Positions 27,626 to 40,443 of a DNA stretch of 64,000 nt are shown here, piece after piece (position 1 is the first letter of the stretch; each line of letters starts with the position of its first letter). Under the pieces are notes generated by a model. It worked only from the letters and a program-made list of their open reading frames with translations. It had not been told where the DNA came from and ran no database searches. A program made the translations under genes and the position numbers. Source of the DNA: Lama guanicoe (lineage: Eukaryota); the NCBI GenBank assembly GCA_013239625.1, contig MU053559.1, positions 2,772,324 through 2,836,323 of the forward strand, in the 5' to 3' direction.

Positions 27626-29341
27626 TTTTTATTTAAAGTTCTTGAAATTTTAGTGTCACAATACCAAGTGTTAATGAGGATGCAGAACAGCTGAACTCTC
27701 ATACTTTGCTAGTGAAAATGCAAAATGGTACAGTGACTCTAGAGTAGTTTGACAAATTAGTACAAAAGTACACTTCTTCAGATACACAAAAGCTGTAAAC
27801 ATTTATCCCACAACCAAACAATCCCACTCCTAAATATTTACCCTAGAGAAGTAACAACTTACGTTCACATCAAAACCTGAACATGGTATTTATAGTGGCT
27901 TTATTCATTACCAGTGAAAACTGGAAACAATCAAAATACTCCTCAGCAGGTAAACAGATAAAATGTGGCACATCTATCCAACAGAATTCCATTTAGCAGT
28001 ATAAAAGAATGAATTATCGATACAGCATGGATGAGTCTCAAATGTACTATACTAAAGAGGTCAGTCTCAAAAGACACAGTATATATATTTGTCAAAATTC
28101 ATCAAACATCTAAAACAAGTGAAATTAAATATATATGTAAACTATACTTCAACAAAGTTTGTTTTTTAAAAGAAACTGTTCAAAAAGTAAAAACAGTAAC
28201 AATGTATTGTGGGGTTTATAACATACGTAGAAGTAAAATGTATGACAATAATATAAGACACCAGGATGGGAGAGATGGAAGTACAGCCTTGTAAGGTCAA
28301 CACTATGCATGGTATGTATAATGTAATTTGAAGGCAGAGTGTGATAAGCTAAAGTTAAAATTAAGGAAATTACTAGAACTGGTAAGTCTAATGTTCAAGG
28401 TCAATATACAAAGTCACTTGTATTACTATATACTAGCTATGCGGGAATTTGAAGAAGAAAAATTTAAATATCATTTATAATCACACCCTCCAAAAATGAA
28501 GTACTTAAGATATAAACCTAAAAATATGTGTAGGATCTGTGTATGCAAAACAACAAAACGCTGATGAAAGAAATCAAAGAATATCTAAATAGAGAGTGAC
28601 ATCATGTTCACAAAATAGGAAACATTAATATATCAATTAGCCCTAATTTTGTGTATAGATTCAAGGCAATTCCAATCAAAATCCCAGCAGGTTTTATATA
28701 TATTGACATGCTGATCTAAAAATTACATGGAAAGAAAAAGAACCAGAATAGTCAAAACAATGTTGAAAAAGAACAAAGTCAGAGGGTTCATGTTACCCAA
28801 TTTTAAGATAATATAGTAAGCTACAATAATTAAGACAATGTGGTAGCAAAGAAAGGACAAACACAGAGATCAAGGGAACAAAAAAGAGAACTCAGAAACA
28901 GACCCATACTAATAGAGTCAAACATTTTTTGACAAAATACAAAGATAATTCAATAAAAAAGGACTTATTTTCATCAAATGGTAGTGGAAAAATTGGAAGC
29001 CCATATGCAAAACAACAAAACTTCAACACATACTTAACAAGGTGAAATAAGGACATTCTCAGACTATGAATACAGCAGAATCACGTGCAGAAAAGAAAAT
29101 AATCTCAAAAGGAAATATCAGAGATGCAGAAAGAAATGACAAGCAAAAAAAAAGTTAAACATGTGGGTGACAATTTTAATATTTTGTGCTTAAAACACGT
29201 ACTGAATTAATATATACAACATGATCGCATGAAGGAAGGGAGGAGGGTAAGGCTCTAAGAATCTTGCATTGTCCAGAAAAAAGAGAATATGTATCAATTA
29301 GGTTTTAATAAGTAAAAACTGCATGCTGTAACCCCCTAAGG

Positions 29342-30100
29342 CAGTTGCTCTCAGAGTGTGGTTCACAAACAACTGGAAATCTCCTAAACACTTTCAGGAG
29401 GCCTGCTAATGCAAAATTATTCTTATTATAATACTAAGATGTGATTTCTTTTTTTCAACTCTATTGACATTTATATTGATGGTGCAAAAGTAATGAGTCA
29501 AACTGCTGGACCTTAGCAGGAGTCAAGGCAGAGGCACCAAACTGAATTAGAAATCACATATTCTTTACCACCAAGCACTTGCGGGTTTTTGTTTTTGTTT
29601 TTGTTTTAATGCCACTTTCATGTAAGAATATCCTTGGTGAAGCAGTAAAAATCATTTCATTAAGTGTCAACCAATAAGTACACATTGTTTTAATAATCTG
29701 TGTGGCAAAAAAAAAAAACTTCATTTAAAGGATTCTGCTCCATATTGAAGTAAAATGGTTAAGTTGAGGGTAAGTATGTGTGTGATTGTTTAAGTTGTAA
29801 ACTGAACTAGCCTCTTTTTCCATAAACACCATTTTTACTCAAAAGTTTATTTAGACTTAGGTGTTTGGAGGATATTTTCTCAAAAATGAGTGAAATAAGC
29901 CTGTCATTTCAAGAAAAGCAATGAACAGTACTTTGTTGCCAATGATCAAACTTCAGATTTCAAACAGAAATCTTATATCCAGTCCACAGTGACCATTGAC
30001 AGCGCCCCCCAAATTTAAAGGGTTTTCTGATGGGATTGGTGGTAATATTATGAATGTAATTTTTTGATATTGTTAATAAAATGTGTGACATTTGGAATAA
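29342..30100 (+). mobile_element. hAT Charlie1 (Charlie1a/b-like) DNA transposon fragment
   Basis: Begins cagttgctctcagagtgtggt; internal gatggtgcaaaag...aaactgctgg...caaggcagaggcaccaaactg resembles Charlie1. Confidence 0.8.
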
Positions 30101-30257
30101 CTGGTAGCACTCTCCTTTTCCTTCCTTTGTGCTCACTGAAGGGCCCCAAACAAGAATGTTACCAATTATGTTTCTCCAACCCATTAAAAACACCTCCTCC
30201 CTACTATTCAGGGGTTACAGTGTCATTTTAGTATCTATAAAACCTGAAACAAACCTT

Positions 30258-30395
30258 GGAAGGGGAGGGGAGGAGAGGGGACAGGGAAGAGAAAGAGAGA
30301 GAAAAAGAGAGAGTGGAAGAGTAACAGAGAGAAAGAAAAAGAGACTGAGAGGGAGAGAGAAAGACAAAGACAAAAAGACAGGGAAGGAGGGAGGG
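30258..30395 (+). repeat. GA-rich low-complexity tract
   Basis: Directly visible. Confidence 0.9.
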
Positions 30396-30934
30396 CACTA
30401 AGGAACTCAGTGTATCATCAACTCGCTCACTTCTACTCCAAAAACTTACGACAGTATCAATATATCATGAAAGGTTATAACACAGTAATAGATAGCAATC
30501 ATTTATGGTGTATTCTAAGTGATATGCTACTATGAGTAAAAGGCCAACCAAACCCTTTCTCCTCTATGGACAAATCTGACCTTGGGTTAACCACTTCCTT
30601 TTACTTCTAAAAGCTGATAAAGATGGAATGCCAGTTGTGTTACTAGCAACACTGATTATGGTAAAAAAAAAAAAATTACCCAATTGATGAAACAAATCTA
30701 GAGTGAGAGTACTGCAAATGCACCATGAATACCTGGTAGGATGCCATAGCTTTAGGAGTCCTTCAGGATAGGGACTCTTAACTGGGCATGTCTCTAATAG
30801 AGACCGCAGGGAGAGTATGCCCATAAAAGTTAGAAAAAAGATATTGGTTCCTATTTGGGATGGGTGTGTGGGAATGTGGGTGTGGGTGGATATGGAAATG
30901 GGTGGGTGTGTTCTAAGCCAGCTGAACAAAAGAT

Positions 30935-31200
30935 AACTTCATATAGCAAAAGATGTGATTAAGCCAAGGATCTTGAGAGGAAACCCACAGGAGACAGAAA
31001 TGTGAAGACCAGGCACAAGAAACAGGAAAGAAGCAAGGAGCTGATTCTCCACTAGCGCTTCCAGCGAGTGTTGCCCTGCCCCTGCCGACCTTGATTTCGG
31101 GCTTCTGGCCTCCAGAACTGTAAGAGAATAAATTTCTGTTGTTTTAAACTACCTAAAATTTGTGCTAATCTGTCACAGCAGCCACAGGCAACTAATATAC
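30935..31200 (+). mobile_element. MaLR LTR (MLT1B/C/D-like)
   Basis: ccttgatttcgggcttctggcctccagaactgtaagagaataaatttctgttgttttaa...cagcagccacaggcaactaatac is a classic MLT1 3' end. Confidence 0.85.
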
Positions 31201-31509
31201 CAGAGTAGCTCTGCACTCACCTTTGAGGTTCACTCTCTCACACCAGAGCCGTCACTTCATGAACCAAACACTAACCCTTGGACGGAACTGCAAGGATTCC
31301 CCCAGAAAAGGAACGCCTGTCACTGCTCCGCCAACACGCTGTTTCCTGTCTGATATCCCCCTGTGTCAAAGTAACGTCATGTGGCCTAATCAGGTCTTAT
31401 CTGCCTGAATGACTTTTGAGCCTAAGGCTCCCCAGTAGGCACTACAAGTTTACTAATGATGTTTACAGTGCCAAAATATCCAAATGCTTTACCTTTTTTA
31501 ATGCCATCA

Positions 31510-31690
31510 GAGCTCAGTGCATTGGATAAAAACGTGGACTCTGGAACCTGGCGGGGTAGGCTTGAATTGTAGCTTTGTATTGCGTGGCCTTGGGCAAGTC
31601 AATAATCTCTCTGTGCTCTGTAAAATGGGGATATTTTACAGCAACAACATCATAGAATTACTGTAAGGATTAAATAAACTAATGTCACAG
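31510..31690 (+). mobile_element. MIR SINE
   Basis: ggactctgga...gtggccttgggcaagtca...ctgtaaaatgggga...tgtaaggattaaat. Confidence 0.8.
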
Positions 31691-32321
31691 TTTAAGATCT
31701 CAAACAAATATCAGAATTTTGTAAAACCTGTATCCACCACCACTGTGAACTTTATGAATCATAACTCAGAATGTGCATCTTTGTCACAAACCACCTGTTT
31801 CATTAAGATTTTAAAGTGAATTACTGTTTGGCTGTACGCCATATTCTGTTTGTAACTGTGGCTATACCCCTTTCTCATTCCTGATGTTTTATATCCAAGC
31901 TCCCTTTTGCCCTCTCCCTAAGCTTTGCAAGAGGTACATGCATTTCGCTCTTTACAAAACCACTGCTGGATTCTTTATAAACACACTTTAAACGCTGTAC
32001 CACAGATTGCTTAGAATAGAGTGAATGTGTACGATATTCAATACAATACACAACTTTTTGCATGCCATTATGTTTTATTAAATGAAAGAGGTGGCTTTCC
32101 AGGACTGTGCAGTCCCAGAAAAGGCCAGGTAAGTATTATGTATACTATAATGCAGGGGGGAAAGGTCAAGAACTACTTGCCTAAACAGGAATAATAGAAC
32201 ATGCAAGGCCTTGCATGATACAGCGCCACCAACCATCCTCACCAAATCCTTGCCCCCAAGACCCCCTGCCGCCCTCCAACAGTTCCCTAGATGCATCACT
32301 TCTTCTTAGCTCAGTGCATTA

Positions 32322-32585
32322 TGACAAAGATTCTTTCCTTGTGCAAACTCTACTCAAGGCTTCTCTGAGCTCTTTTTCAACTAGGCCTCAACATTTGGAC
32401 TTCTGTATTTGTCTCTGCACTGTCCAGTATCAGCAAGAATCCTACTAAATTAGTTTAGCCAAAATCCCCCATCTTCTGTCATCCCCTAGGTGATGCCTAA
32501 TCACCCTGGCCTGCCTTCAGCAACAGACTCCCACCTGGTCCCTTGGCCACACATCCCCATTTGCCCATGTCGTATTCAGAGTTGA
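32322..32585 (+). mobile_element. ERV1 LTR fragment (MER31/MER67-like)
   Basis: Starts tgacaaagattct; contains agcaagaatcct..agtttagcca and ggtgatgcctaatcaccctggcctgccttcagcaa. Confidence 0.7.
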
Positions 32586-33080
32586 CATAACATTAAATTT
32601 ACAATCTTAACCATTTTTAAGTGTACAGTTCAGTGGTGTTAAGTATATTCACATTGTTGAATATATTTATTCCGTCTTCCCCCAACCCTACTTCTGCACC
32701 CACCCTTGGCAACCACCTTTCTACTTTCTGTTTCTATTATTTTGACTAGTTTAGATACTTCATATGAGTGGAATCATACAGTATTTGTCCTTTTGTGACC
32801 AGCTTATTTCATTTTAGCCTAATGTCCTCAAAGTTCACCCATGTTATAGCATATGACAAGATTTCCTTTTTTAAGGCTGCATTATATTCCACTATACGTG
32901 TATGTCACATCTTCTTTAACTGCTCATCCACTGATGGACATCTGGGTTCTTTCCATCTCTAGGCTATTGTGAATCATGGTGCAATAAACACTGGTGTGTA
33001 AATACCTGTTCAAGACTCTGCCTCCAACTCTTCTGGATATACACTCGTAAGTGGGATTGCTAGATAAGATAAAAATTTTT
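32586..33080 (-). mobile_element. L1MB-like 3' end
   Basis: atcttaaccatttttaagtgtacagttcagtgg...gtggaatcatacagtatttgtcc...gatggacatctggg...gtgggattgctaga. Confidence 0.85.
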
Positions 33081-33889
33081 AATGTTTTTTGGTTACACGC
33101 AGAGGATCAAAACTTAAAATGAGGAGGAAAAAAGTGTGCCTCAGATAAGAAAATATAACATTACAAATTCAAATGTAAAAGTAGCATGTATGTCACCTTT
33201 ATTATTTAGATCTGGGGTAAGGGAATAGAAACTCCTCTATTTTATATTATATTAGCTAAGAACATTTGTGGCATTTTTTTAATCCACCGATATAAGACAT
33301 AATTATATGACTTATCTCCAACTTCTCAGATTGCTTCAAAGCAAATGAGTATGAGTATCTTCAGCCATGTATTCAAAAAATTAGTGTCATAATGCCTTTT
33401 CAACTTAGTTTTCAACTTTTCAACAGTAGTTTAAAAGTAGTTTGAATTGACACTATTTTCTACCCTTGAAGGTTACATAATTCCAAATAAGAATAAATTT
33501 TAAGACATAAAATGTAAACTATACTTAGACAAATATACGACCAGCACACTTTTAATAAGAGTGTATCTTGAATTAAACAGAAAACCACTTTTCAAACAGT
33601 CATTCAATACTTACAGAATATACAAAGAAGAGCTCCTATAGCGAAACTCTGAATATAGCTACTTAGAGAAGTCAATTATCTATCTTACTTATAAAAAGGT
33701 ACTTTTTATCTGCTGCAGGCTTAGAAATTAAGTATCAAACCTATGAAAACTGAGTTCTAAACAAAAACTAACATTCTGTTCAACATAAACTTTCTGATCC
33801 CCTATCTGAATGTAAGGATTATCTCAGAGTTCTAGTAGAGTAAGATTACAAAAAAATTAATTCTAGAAATGAAGACTGCTGTAAACTTC

Positions 33890-34556
33890 TATGATATCTA
33901 GAATACATATCCAGATACACATGACAATAATATCCAAAAGCACAATATACGAGGGGAAAGTGATATATTAAACTTTATCAAAATTAAAACTTTATACTCT
34001 TCAGAAGATACTATTAAGAGAATGAAAAGACAAGAAGCCACAGACTGAAAAGCATGTATCTGATAAAGCATTTGTACTCAGAATATACAAAGATTTCTTA
34101 AAACAATAAAACAAGCAACCCAATTTTTTATGCAATGGGCAAAGTATCTGAAAAGGCACTTCAAAGAAAATACACAAATGACAGATAAACATGAAAATAT
34201 GCTCAAAATCATAATCATTAGGGAAATGCAAATTAAAATCAAAATGAGATTTAGATACTGCTACACACATACCAGAATGTCTAAAATTAAAGAATGATCA
34301 TACCAAATGACAAAGATAAGGAACACTCTAATACACTGCTGCTATAAATGTAAAATGGTACAATCACTTTGGAAAGCAGTTTGGAAATTTATTCAATTTA
34401 ACATATACCTATTGCATAATCCCGCCATTTCACTCCAGAGAAGTGAAGTCTATACAAAGATTTATAGTAGCTTTCTTTGTAATAGCCAAAAACAGGAACC
34501 AAACCAGAGGTTCATCAGTAGATGAATGGATAAACAAACTGTAGTATATCCATACA
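33890..34556 (+). mobile_element. L1M ORF2 C-terminal fragment
   Basis: cattagggaaatgcaaattaaa...tgtaaaatggtacaatcactttgga...gatgaatggataaacaaactgtagtatatcc. Confidence 0.8.
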
Positions 34557-34557
34557 C

Positions 34558-36017
34558 TCAACTGACTCTCCCCATCACAAATCATTTCTCTGTAGCATGC
34601 AATGCTGTTTGATAGCATTCTACTCACAAGAAAACTTCTTTCAAAATTGGAGTCAATCTTCTCAAATCTTGCTGCTGCTTTATCTATTAAGTTTACATAA
34701 TATTCTAAATCCTCTGTTGTCATTTCAACAATCTTTACAGCATCTTCACCAGGAGTAGATTCCATCTCAAGAAACCATTTTCTTTGCTCACCCATAAGCA
34801 ACAGCTCCTCATCCATTAGTTTTATCATGAGACTGCAACCGTTCAGTCACATCTTCAGGCTCCACTTCTAATTCTAGTGCTCTTGCTATTTCCACCACAA
34901 CTGCAGTTCTGTCCTCCACTTAAGTCTTGAATCCCTCAAAGCCATGCATGAGGGTTGGAATCAACTTCTTCCAAACTAACACTGACCTCTTCCCATGAAT
35001 CATAAATGTTCTTCATGGCATCTAGAATGGTGTATCCTTTCCAGAAGGTTTTCCAATGACTTTGCCCAGATCCATCAGAGGAATCACTATCTATGGCAGG
35101 TATAACCTTATGAAATGTTTTTCTTAAATCATAAGACTTGAAAGTTGGAATTACTCCTTGTTCCACGGGCTGCAGAATGGATGCTATTTTAGTAGGCATG
35201 AAAACATTAATTTCATTGTGCATCTCCATCAGTGCTCCTGGGTGATCAGGTGCATTGTCAACGAGCAGAAATACTCTGAAAGAAATCTTTTTTCTGAGCA
35301 GTAGGTCTCAACAGTGGGCTTAAAATATTCAGTAAACCATGTTGTAAACAGGTGCGCTGTCACCCAGACTTTGCTGTTCCATTTATAGAGCACAGGCAGA
35401 GTAGATTTAGCATAATTCTTAAAATCGCTAGGATTTCCAGAATGGTAAATGAGCACTGGCTTCAACTCAAAGTCACCTTAGGGGCTACATTAGCCCCTAA
35501 GAAGAGAGTCAGCCTGTTCTTTGAAGCTTTGAAGCCAGGCATTGACTTCTTTTCTCTAGCCATGCAAGTCCTAGCTGTGCAAGTCCTAGATGTTCAAATC
35601 CTAGCCGGTATCTTCCGATATAAGGCTGTTTCATCTACACTGAAAATCTGTTGCTTGGTGAGGCACCTTCATTAACTATCTTAGCGAGATCTTCTGGACA
35701 ACTTGCTGTATCTTCTACATCAGCACTTGTGTCTTCACCCTACAATTCTGTGTTCTGGAGATGACTTCTTTTCCTTAAATCTCATGAACCAACCTCTGCT
35801 AGTTTCAAACTTTTCTTCTACAACTTCCTCATCTCTCTCAGCCTTCACAGCATCAGAGCGTTAGGGCCTTACTGTGGATTAGGCTTTGGCTTTAGGGAAT
35901 GTTGCGGCTGGCTTGACTCAGACCACTAAAACTTTCTCCATATCAGCAATAAGGTTGTTAAGCTATCTTATCCATGTGTTCACCGGAGTAGCACTTTTAA
36001 TGTCCTTCAAGAGCTTT
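34558..36017 (-). mobile_element. Tigger1 (pogo-like) transposase fossil, internal fragment
   Basis: Minus-strand translations [31 protein letters not shown]...[12 protein letters not shown] and [22 protein letters not shown] are Tigger1/TIGD1-type transposase motifs broken by frameshifts. Confidence 0.93.
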
Positions 36018-36019
36018 AA

Positions 36020-36575
36020 TAAATGGAAAAGAAACAAATCTCCTATGCAGAAGATTCCTAAATAATTTATGTAGATACTCTACCCTCAAAAGGAGGGAAC
36101 AGTAAAACTTTTGATATGATGTAACGAAAATGATACCTTACTTCTGTGATCTTCCTCCAAAAAACCCGTAACTCCAATCTAATCATGAAAAAAGCATCAG
36201 ACATATACCTATAGAGGAGCATCCTACAATATACCAGACCACTGCTCCTCAAAACTAAGGTCATCAAAAACAAGGGAAGTCTGAAAAAAATGTCACAGCC
36301 AAGGTAAGTCTACAGACACGCCAACTAAATACAAAGCAGCATCCTCAATGGCATCCTGGAACCAGAAAAGGACTTGAGGTTAAATCAAAGGAAACTAAAC
36401 TATGGACTTCAGCTAATAATAATGTAACAATATTGTTTCATTAATTGTAAAAAAAAAAATATACTAATGTAAGTTACTGAAAAGGGAAACCGAGTGCAGG
36501 AACTCTCCGTACAACCTTCTCAATTTTTCTGTAAATGTAAAGCGGTTCTAAAAAATAACATCTACTAAGAAAAAA
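36020..36575 (+). mobile_element. L1MC-type 3'UTR
   Basis: cttctgtgatcttcctccaaaaaaccc...ctcaaaact..ggtcatcaaaaacaagg...atcctggaaccagaaaagg...tttttctgtaaat. Confidence 0.8.
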
Positions 36576-37449
36576 TTACCCTACACTTAAGAAAACTTCA
36601 ATTCTCCCTGCCCAAAGTTATTTCTCCTTTTTATGATCTGCCAGAGCATTTATTTGTACTGTTTGACGTACCTTTCTAATGTTTATAAGAGTTATATTAT
36701 GGCAAAGATCATGAACCATTATTTTTGTAAACCGTCACCTCCCCTTCTGCCTCCATCTAAATAGACTGCCTTTCTCCTAATATGTAAATAAAATTTAAAT
36801 GGCTAAACTAGAATTGAGATATCTTTCAACAGTGATTTCTTTAAAATTATTCTAGCTTATTAGTTCGAGCTGATAATTCTTCAAGTACAAAAAAACTACA
36901 CAGTCATACTAACACAAAATGAGATTTGACATATATACTATTGTATAAATTGTCTTTCCAACTGGGATCCCGTATGCATTCTCTGTGATTCCAGAGCCCT
37001 TATGGAAAGTTTTTCAAACGCATTTTTTAATTTTTTAATTTCTATGATAATTTAGAAATGACTGACAAAACATTCTCAATTATACTGATAACCTAAATTC
37101 AAATACTGACAAGCAATGCTAACTCCCACATTTACCTTCACAACTATACTGATGCCAAGCAAAGCTACTTTTAGTAGCAAATTATTCATTCTCCAAAAGT
37201 GAAAACCAGATGAGACAATGTACAAAATACAACAGGGCTTCATACAAGTTCCGACAGAGAAAAACTGCAGGAGAATGAAGTCATGCAGCACATAGCAGTA
37301 CAGGCATGTCAAATGAACTTCAGATGTCATAACCCTAACATCAGTCAAGTGATTCAGTTTGACAAAATAACATCATCCACTGTATTAGCATTAATTTTTG
37401 TATTGGCTTTAGTTTGGTTATTTATAAATGGAATTTGTTTTTTTTTACC

Positions 37450-37600
37450 ACATAGCACTAAGCTTTACTTAGCACTTATCACTATCCAACCTACTATATG
37501 TTTTACTTACGTTTCTTGTTCTTTACCATTTAATATTCATTTCATGAAGGCAGGGAATTTTCCTAGCATAAAGTAAGTTCTCAATAAACATTTATTAAAT
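37450..37600 (+). mobile_element. L2 3' end fragment
   Basis: tagcacttatcac...catgaaggcaggga...ctcaataaacatttattaaat. Confidence 0.55.
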
Positions 37601-38329
37601 ATATAATTCACAAACTTATTTTCATTAAGTTTAGCCAACATGCATTTCAGTCACTTGAATGACTGCTAATATAATTTTTCAAACCATTTAATTATTCTTT
37701 CATACACACTTATACTGGTGATATAAATTAAGTATACACAATTGTCTCTCAATTCTCCTTAGAAGTTCATACATTATTCTTTGAAAGTATTCTGGCTTCA
37801 TATTAATGTAATTTTAACTATCATCTGTTTTCTAGCTGTAGCAAAGTTATGTAGAAGGAATTTTACTCAGAGATGCCTGAACAAACTGAACGTCAGCACT
37901 TTAAACTCATAAATGAAAAGCTATTATGTTCACAAGAATATGTACAGTCGTACTTTAGGTTACCCAAAGGCACTTTAATACAGATACTACTTCACACTTT
38001 TAAACAGTTTACTTCAGAAATACACCAAAATACAACAATCTTGTCATCATTTAATGAAAAGGATTTACCTACTTTGAACATTTACTACTCAGATACAACT
38101 TAGACATTATGACAGATGAGGAAATACAGAAGGAAAAAAAGATCCATGCTCTCAAGGTATGTACGCATTGAGGGGTAGGGGCACTTAGAGACAATTCTAA
38201 TGTGTTGTCATAAATATGATCAAGAAATACACAGAAACTCTATATATGGAAACTCTAAACACCTGGGCAACTGGGGAGTCAAACTGCTTTAAAGATTTAA
38301 AATGTTATTCAAATACAAGTTAGAAGTAA

Positions 38330-38470
38330 TACAGTAATTCCTTACTGGGTACCTATTATGTGACAGGCACTAAGCTAGATAGGTAGACCAGATTCAAAAG
38401 TAAACAACACATACACTGTCCTCACAGAAATAGCAATCCAGACGGGAGGGCAAAATTTTCAAACAGAAAA
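38330..38470 (-). mobile_element. L2 3' end fragment
   Basis: ttactgggtacctattatgtgacaggcact...ctgtcctcacaga...aatccag. Confidence 0.55.
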
Positions 38471-39894
38471 AGACATGCCAAGACAAGTAGAATTGTATAC
38501 TACTAACATACAGAGCAGTCAGCAAGAGCAATCTAAGGAAACATATAATACCAAGGAAAAATGCAGTTTCCTTTCTATTTTTTCAGCATTTTTTTTAACA
38601 TAAAGACAGTCAAGGGACTGGAGAGAAATTTTTAATTCAGAAAAAAAGCTCAGTGTTGATAAGTGAATTGATACTGATACTTTCTCTCTTATTTTCTCCC
38701 CTCACACATTACTACAGAAAGCCGTATTCAACTTACAGTATCTGTATTACAGCACTCATCGCACAGTCATAGGGGCACAAGTACTACTCCCTACAGAGGA
38801 TAGGGCACCTACTATTTCTAGTCTGCCTGCTCCACAATGAACATTTAATACATGTTTATGAAAAATTCCCTAGCCTTTTGGGTGGGAGCATTAAAAAACA
38901 TTACACAACAGATCAGCTATGCCTCCCTGCTACGAGAAAAAAAGTATTTTCATGACAGCAGACATTTCTTATCTCCAACAACAGTGCAGAATACCAGAGG
39001 GTAACTAATAAAGGCAATGAAATTGGCCTTGGTCTCAGAATTAGAGAAAAATCACTTTTCCTTGCACTGGAACAGAGGCTTATCACTTTCAGCTACAGTG
39101 CTAACATTTTCCAAAACTACAGTTTCTGCCTTTCCTCTGTTGTTTATTTAAAGAGAAGCAGCAGCATAAACTCATGACCAGCAACAGAAAACAGAAGGTT
39201 AATAAATTATCATTTTTCTACATACCTACCACATCACCACTATGCGCAGAATTTTTATACTAGGCAGATGACTCACGGCAGTGAAAGAACTCAGAGCTGG
39301 GTTCAATCCTAGGAAGTATCCACAATGCGGAACTAACTAAAAGCATTGTCTATTTTCTGGAAAAGCCCAGCAAGCTGCAGAATGCTTTTGTCAAAAAAGC
39401 ATGTAGTAGGACAAAGAGACATCTTAACTAGGTTTACAACTCTGGGTTAAAAATTAACCCCAAAAGAGAGTATAAGACAGGAGCTCTCTGACTCTTTTTG
39501 GCTGCAGCATGCTGTTACATCATACCCTCACAGGAGTATCCAATGATACGCTGGACTCCAGGATAGCTTTACTAATCCTATTCACTTTTTGCAATCACTT
39601 ACAGCAGCATAGGAAATGCAAACAAGTGACACTATTAATAGAGAAAACACTGAATTATGTCCAGTTCTTTTCTAAATCACAAACTCTCACAGCTAATGAG
39701 TGGCAAGATCTGGGGGCTGGGACAAGGGAAGATCTGAAAAAGAAATACATCAAGGTACACCTAGAATCTACGATCATCAGAAATACTACCACTCCTTTCA
39801 GTCTATTCCTCCAAATAACCTTTCTTTCTCACAATTCAATCTTGACACAGTGCTCTTCCTGAAATCTCTCCCTTTATCTGCCAAAAAAACTTAT

Positions 39895-40058
39895 GGGGGA
39901 GGGGGGTGGCTCAGTGGTAGAGTGCAGTGCTTAGCATGCATGAGGTCCTGCATTCAATCCCCAGCACTTCCATTTAAATAAATAATAAATAAACCTAATT
40001 ACCTCCTCCCTCCAAAAAATAAGTAAATAAATAACGAAGATAATGTTTTTCAAAAAAA
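39895..40058 (+). mobile_element. tRNA-Ala-derived SINE (camelid Vic-1-like)
   Basis: tRNA-like head (gctcagtggtagag...cttagcatgcatgaggtcc...ttcaatcccc) and an aataaacctaattacc tail. Apparent TSD aaaaaaacttat (39883-39894) / aaaaaaactcat (40059-40070). Confidence 0.85.
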
Positions 40059-40149
40059 AAAAAAACTCATCTGGGATATAACAAACTTCTTTATTAACAT
40101 TTACCAGACATCGTTCTAGCATATTCTATTCTTGTTCATCAAGCAGACT

Positions 40150-40308
40150 ATTAGGATTATTAATTATTAATGACATTAACTTCTAAACACTGTGCACTTT
40201 ACATGAATTACCTCATTTAATTTTTACAAACCTATGAGTTAAGTACTAGCACCCCTATTTTACAGATGAAGAATCTAAGGCTTAGAAGTGTTAAAAGGTT
40301 TACTTTAC
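40150..40308 (-). mobile_element. MIR SINE
   Basis: cactttacatgaattacctcatttaat...cctatgag...ttttacagatgaagaatctaaggcttaga. Confidence 0.8.
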
Positions 40309-40323
40309 AAGACAATGAGGGCT

Positions 40324-40443
40324 GGGGAGAGGGTATAGCTCAGTGGTAGAGTGCGCGCCTAGGAAGTACGAGGTCCTGGGTTCAAACCCCGGTACCTCCA
40401 TTAAAAATAAAGAAGTAAATAAACCTAATTACCCCCCCCAAAA
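40324..40443 (+). mobile_element. tRNA-Ala-derived SINE (camelid Vic-1-like)
   Basis: ggggagagggtatagctcagtggtagag...gaggtcctgggttcaaaccccggtacctcca. TSD aagacaatgagggc (40309-40322) / aaggcaatgagggc (40444-40457). Confidence 0.88.

Larger units (their letters stand above)
25890..29340 (+). mobile_element. Cluster of nested old L1M fragments (5' region/ORF1 end, two ORF2 RT-region copies, 3' end)
   Basis: ORF1-end motifs at about 26150-26400 and 29040-29340. ORF2 motifs (gcaattccaatcaaaat..cagcagg) occur twice, at about 26840 and 28666. Confidence 0.8.

Noticed and set aside
30129..30401. R/E/K-rich ORF
   Set aside because: It is a translation of a GA-rich low-complexity tract.
34430..35675. 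ORFs as a TIGD1-like or novel transposase gene
   Set aside because: The sequence is fragmented by frameshifts and stops, lacks the N-terminus and has an altered third catalytic motif; it is a Tigger1 fossil.
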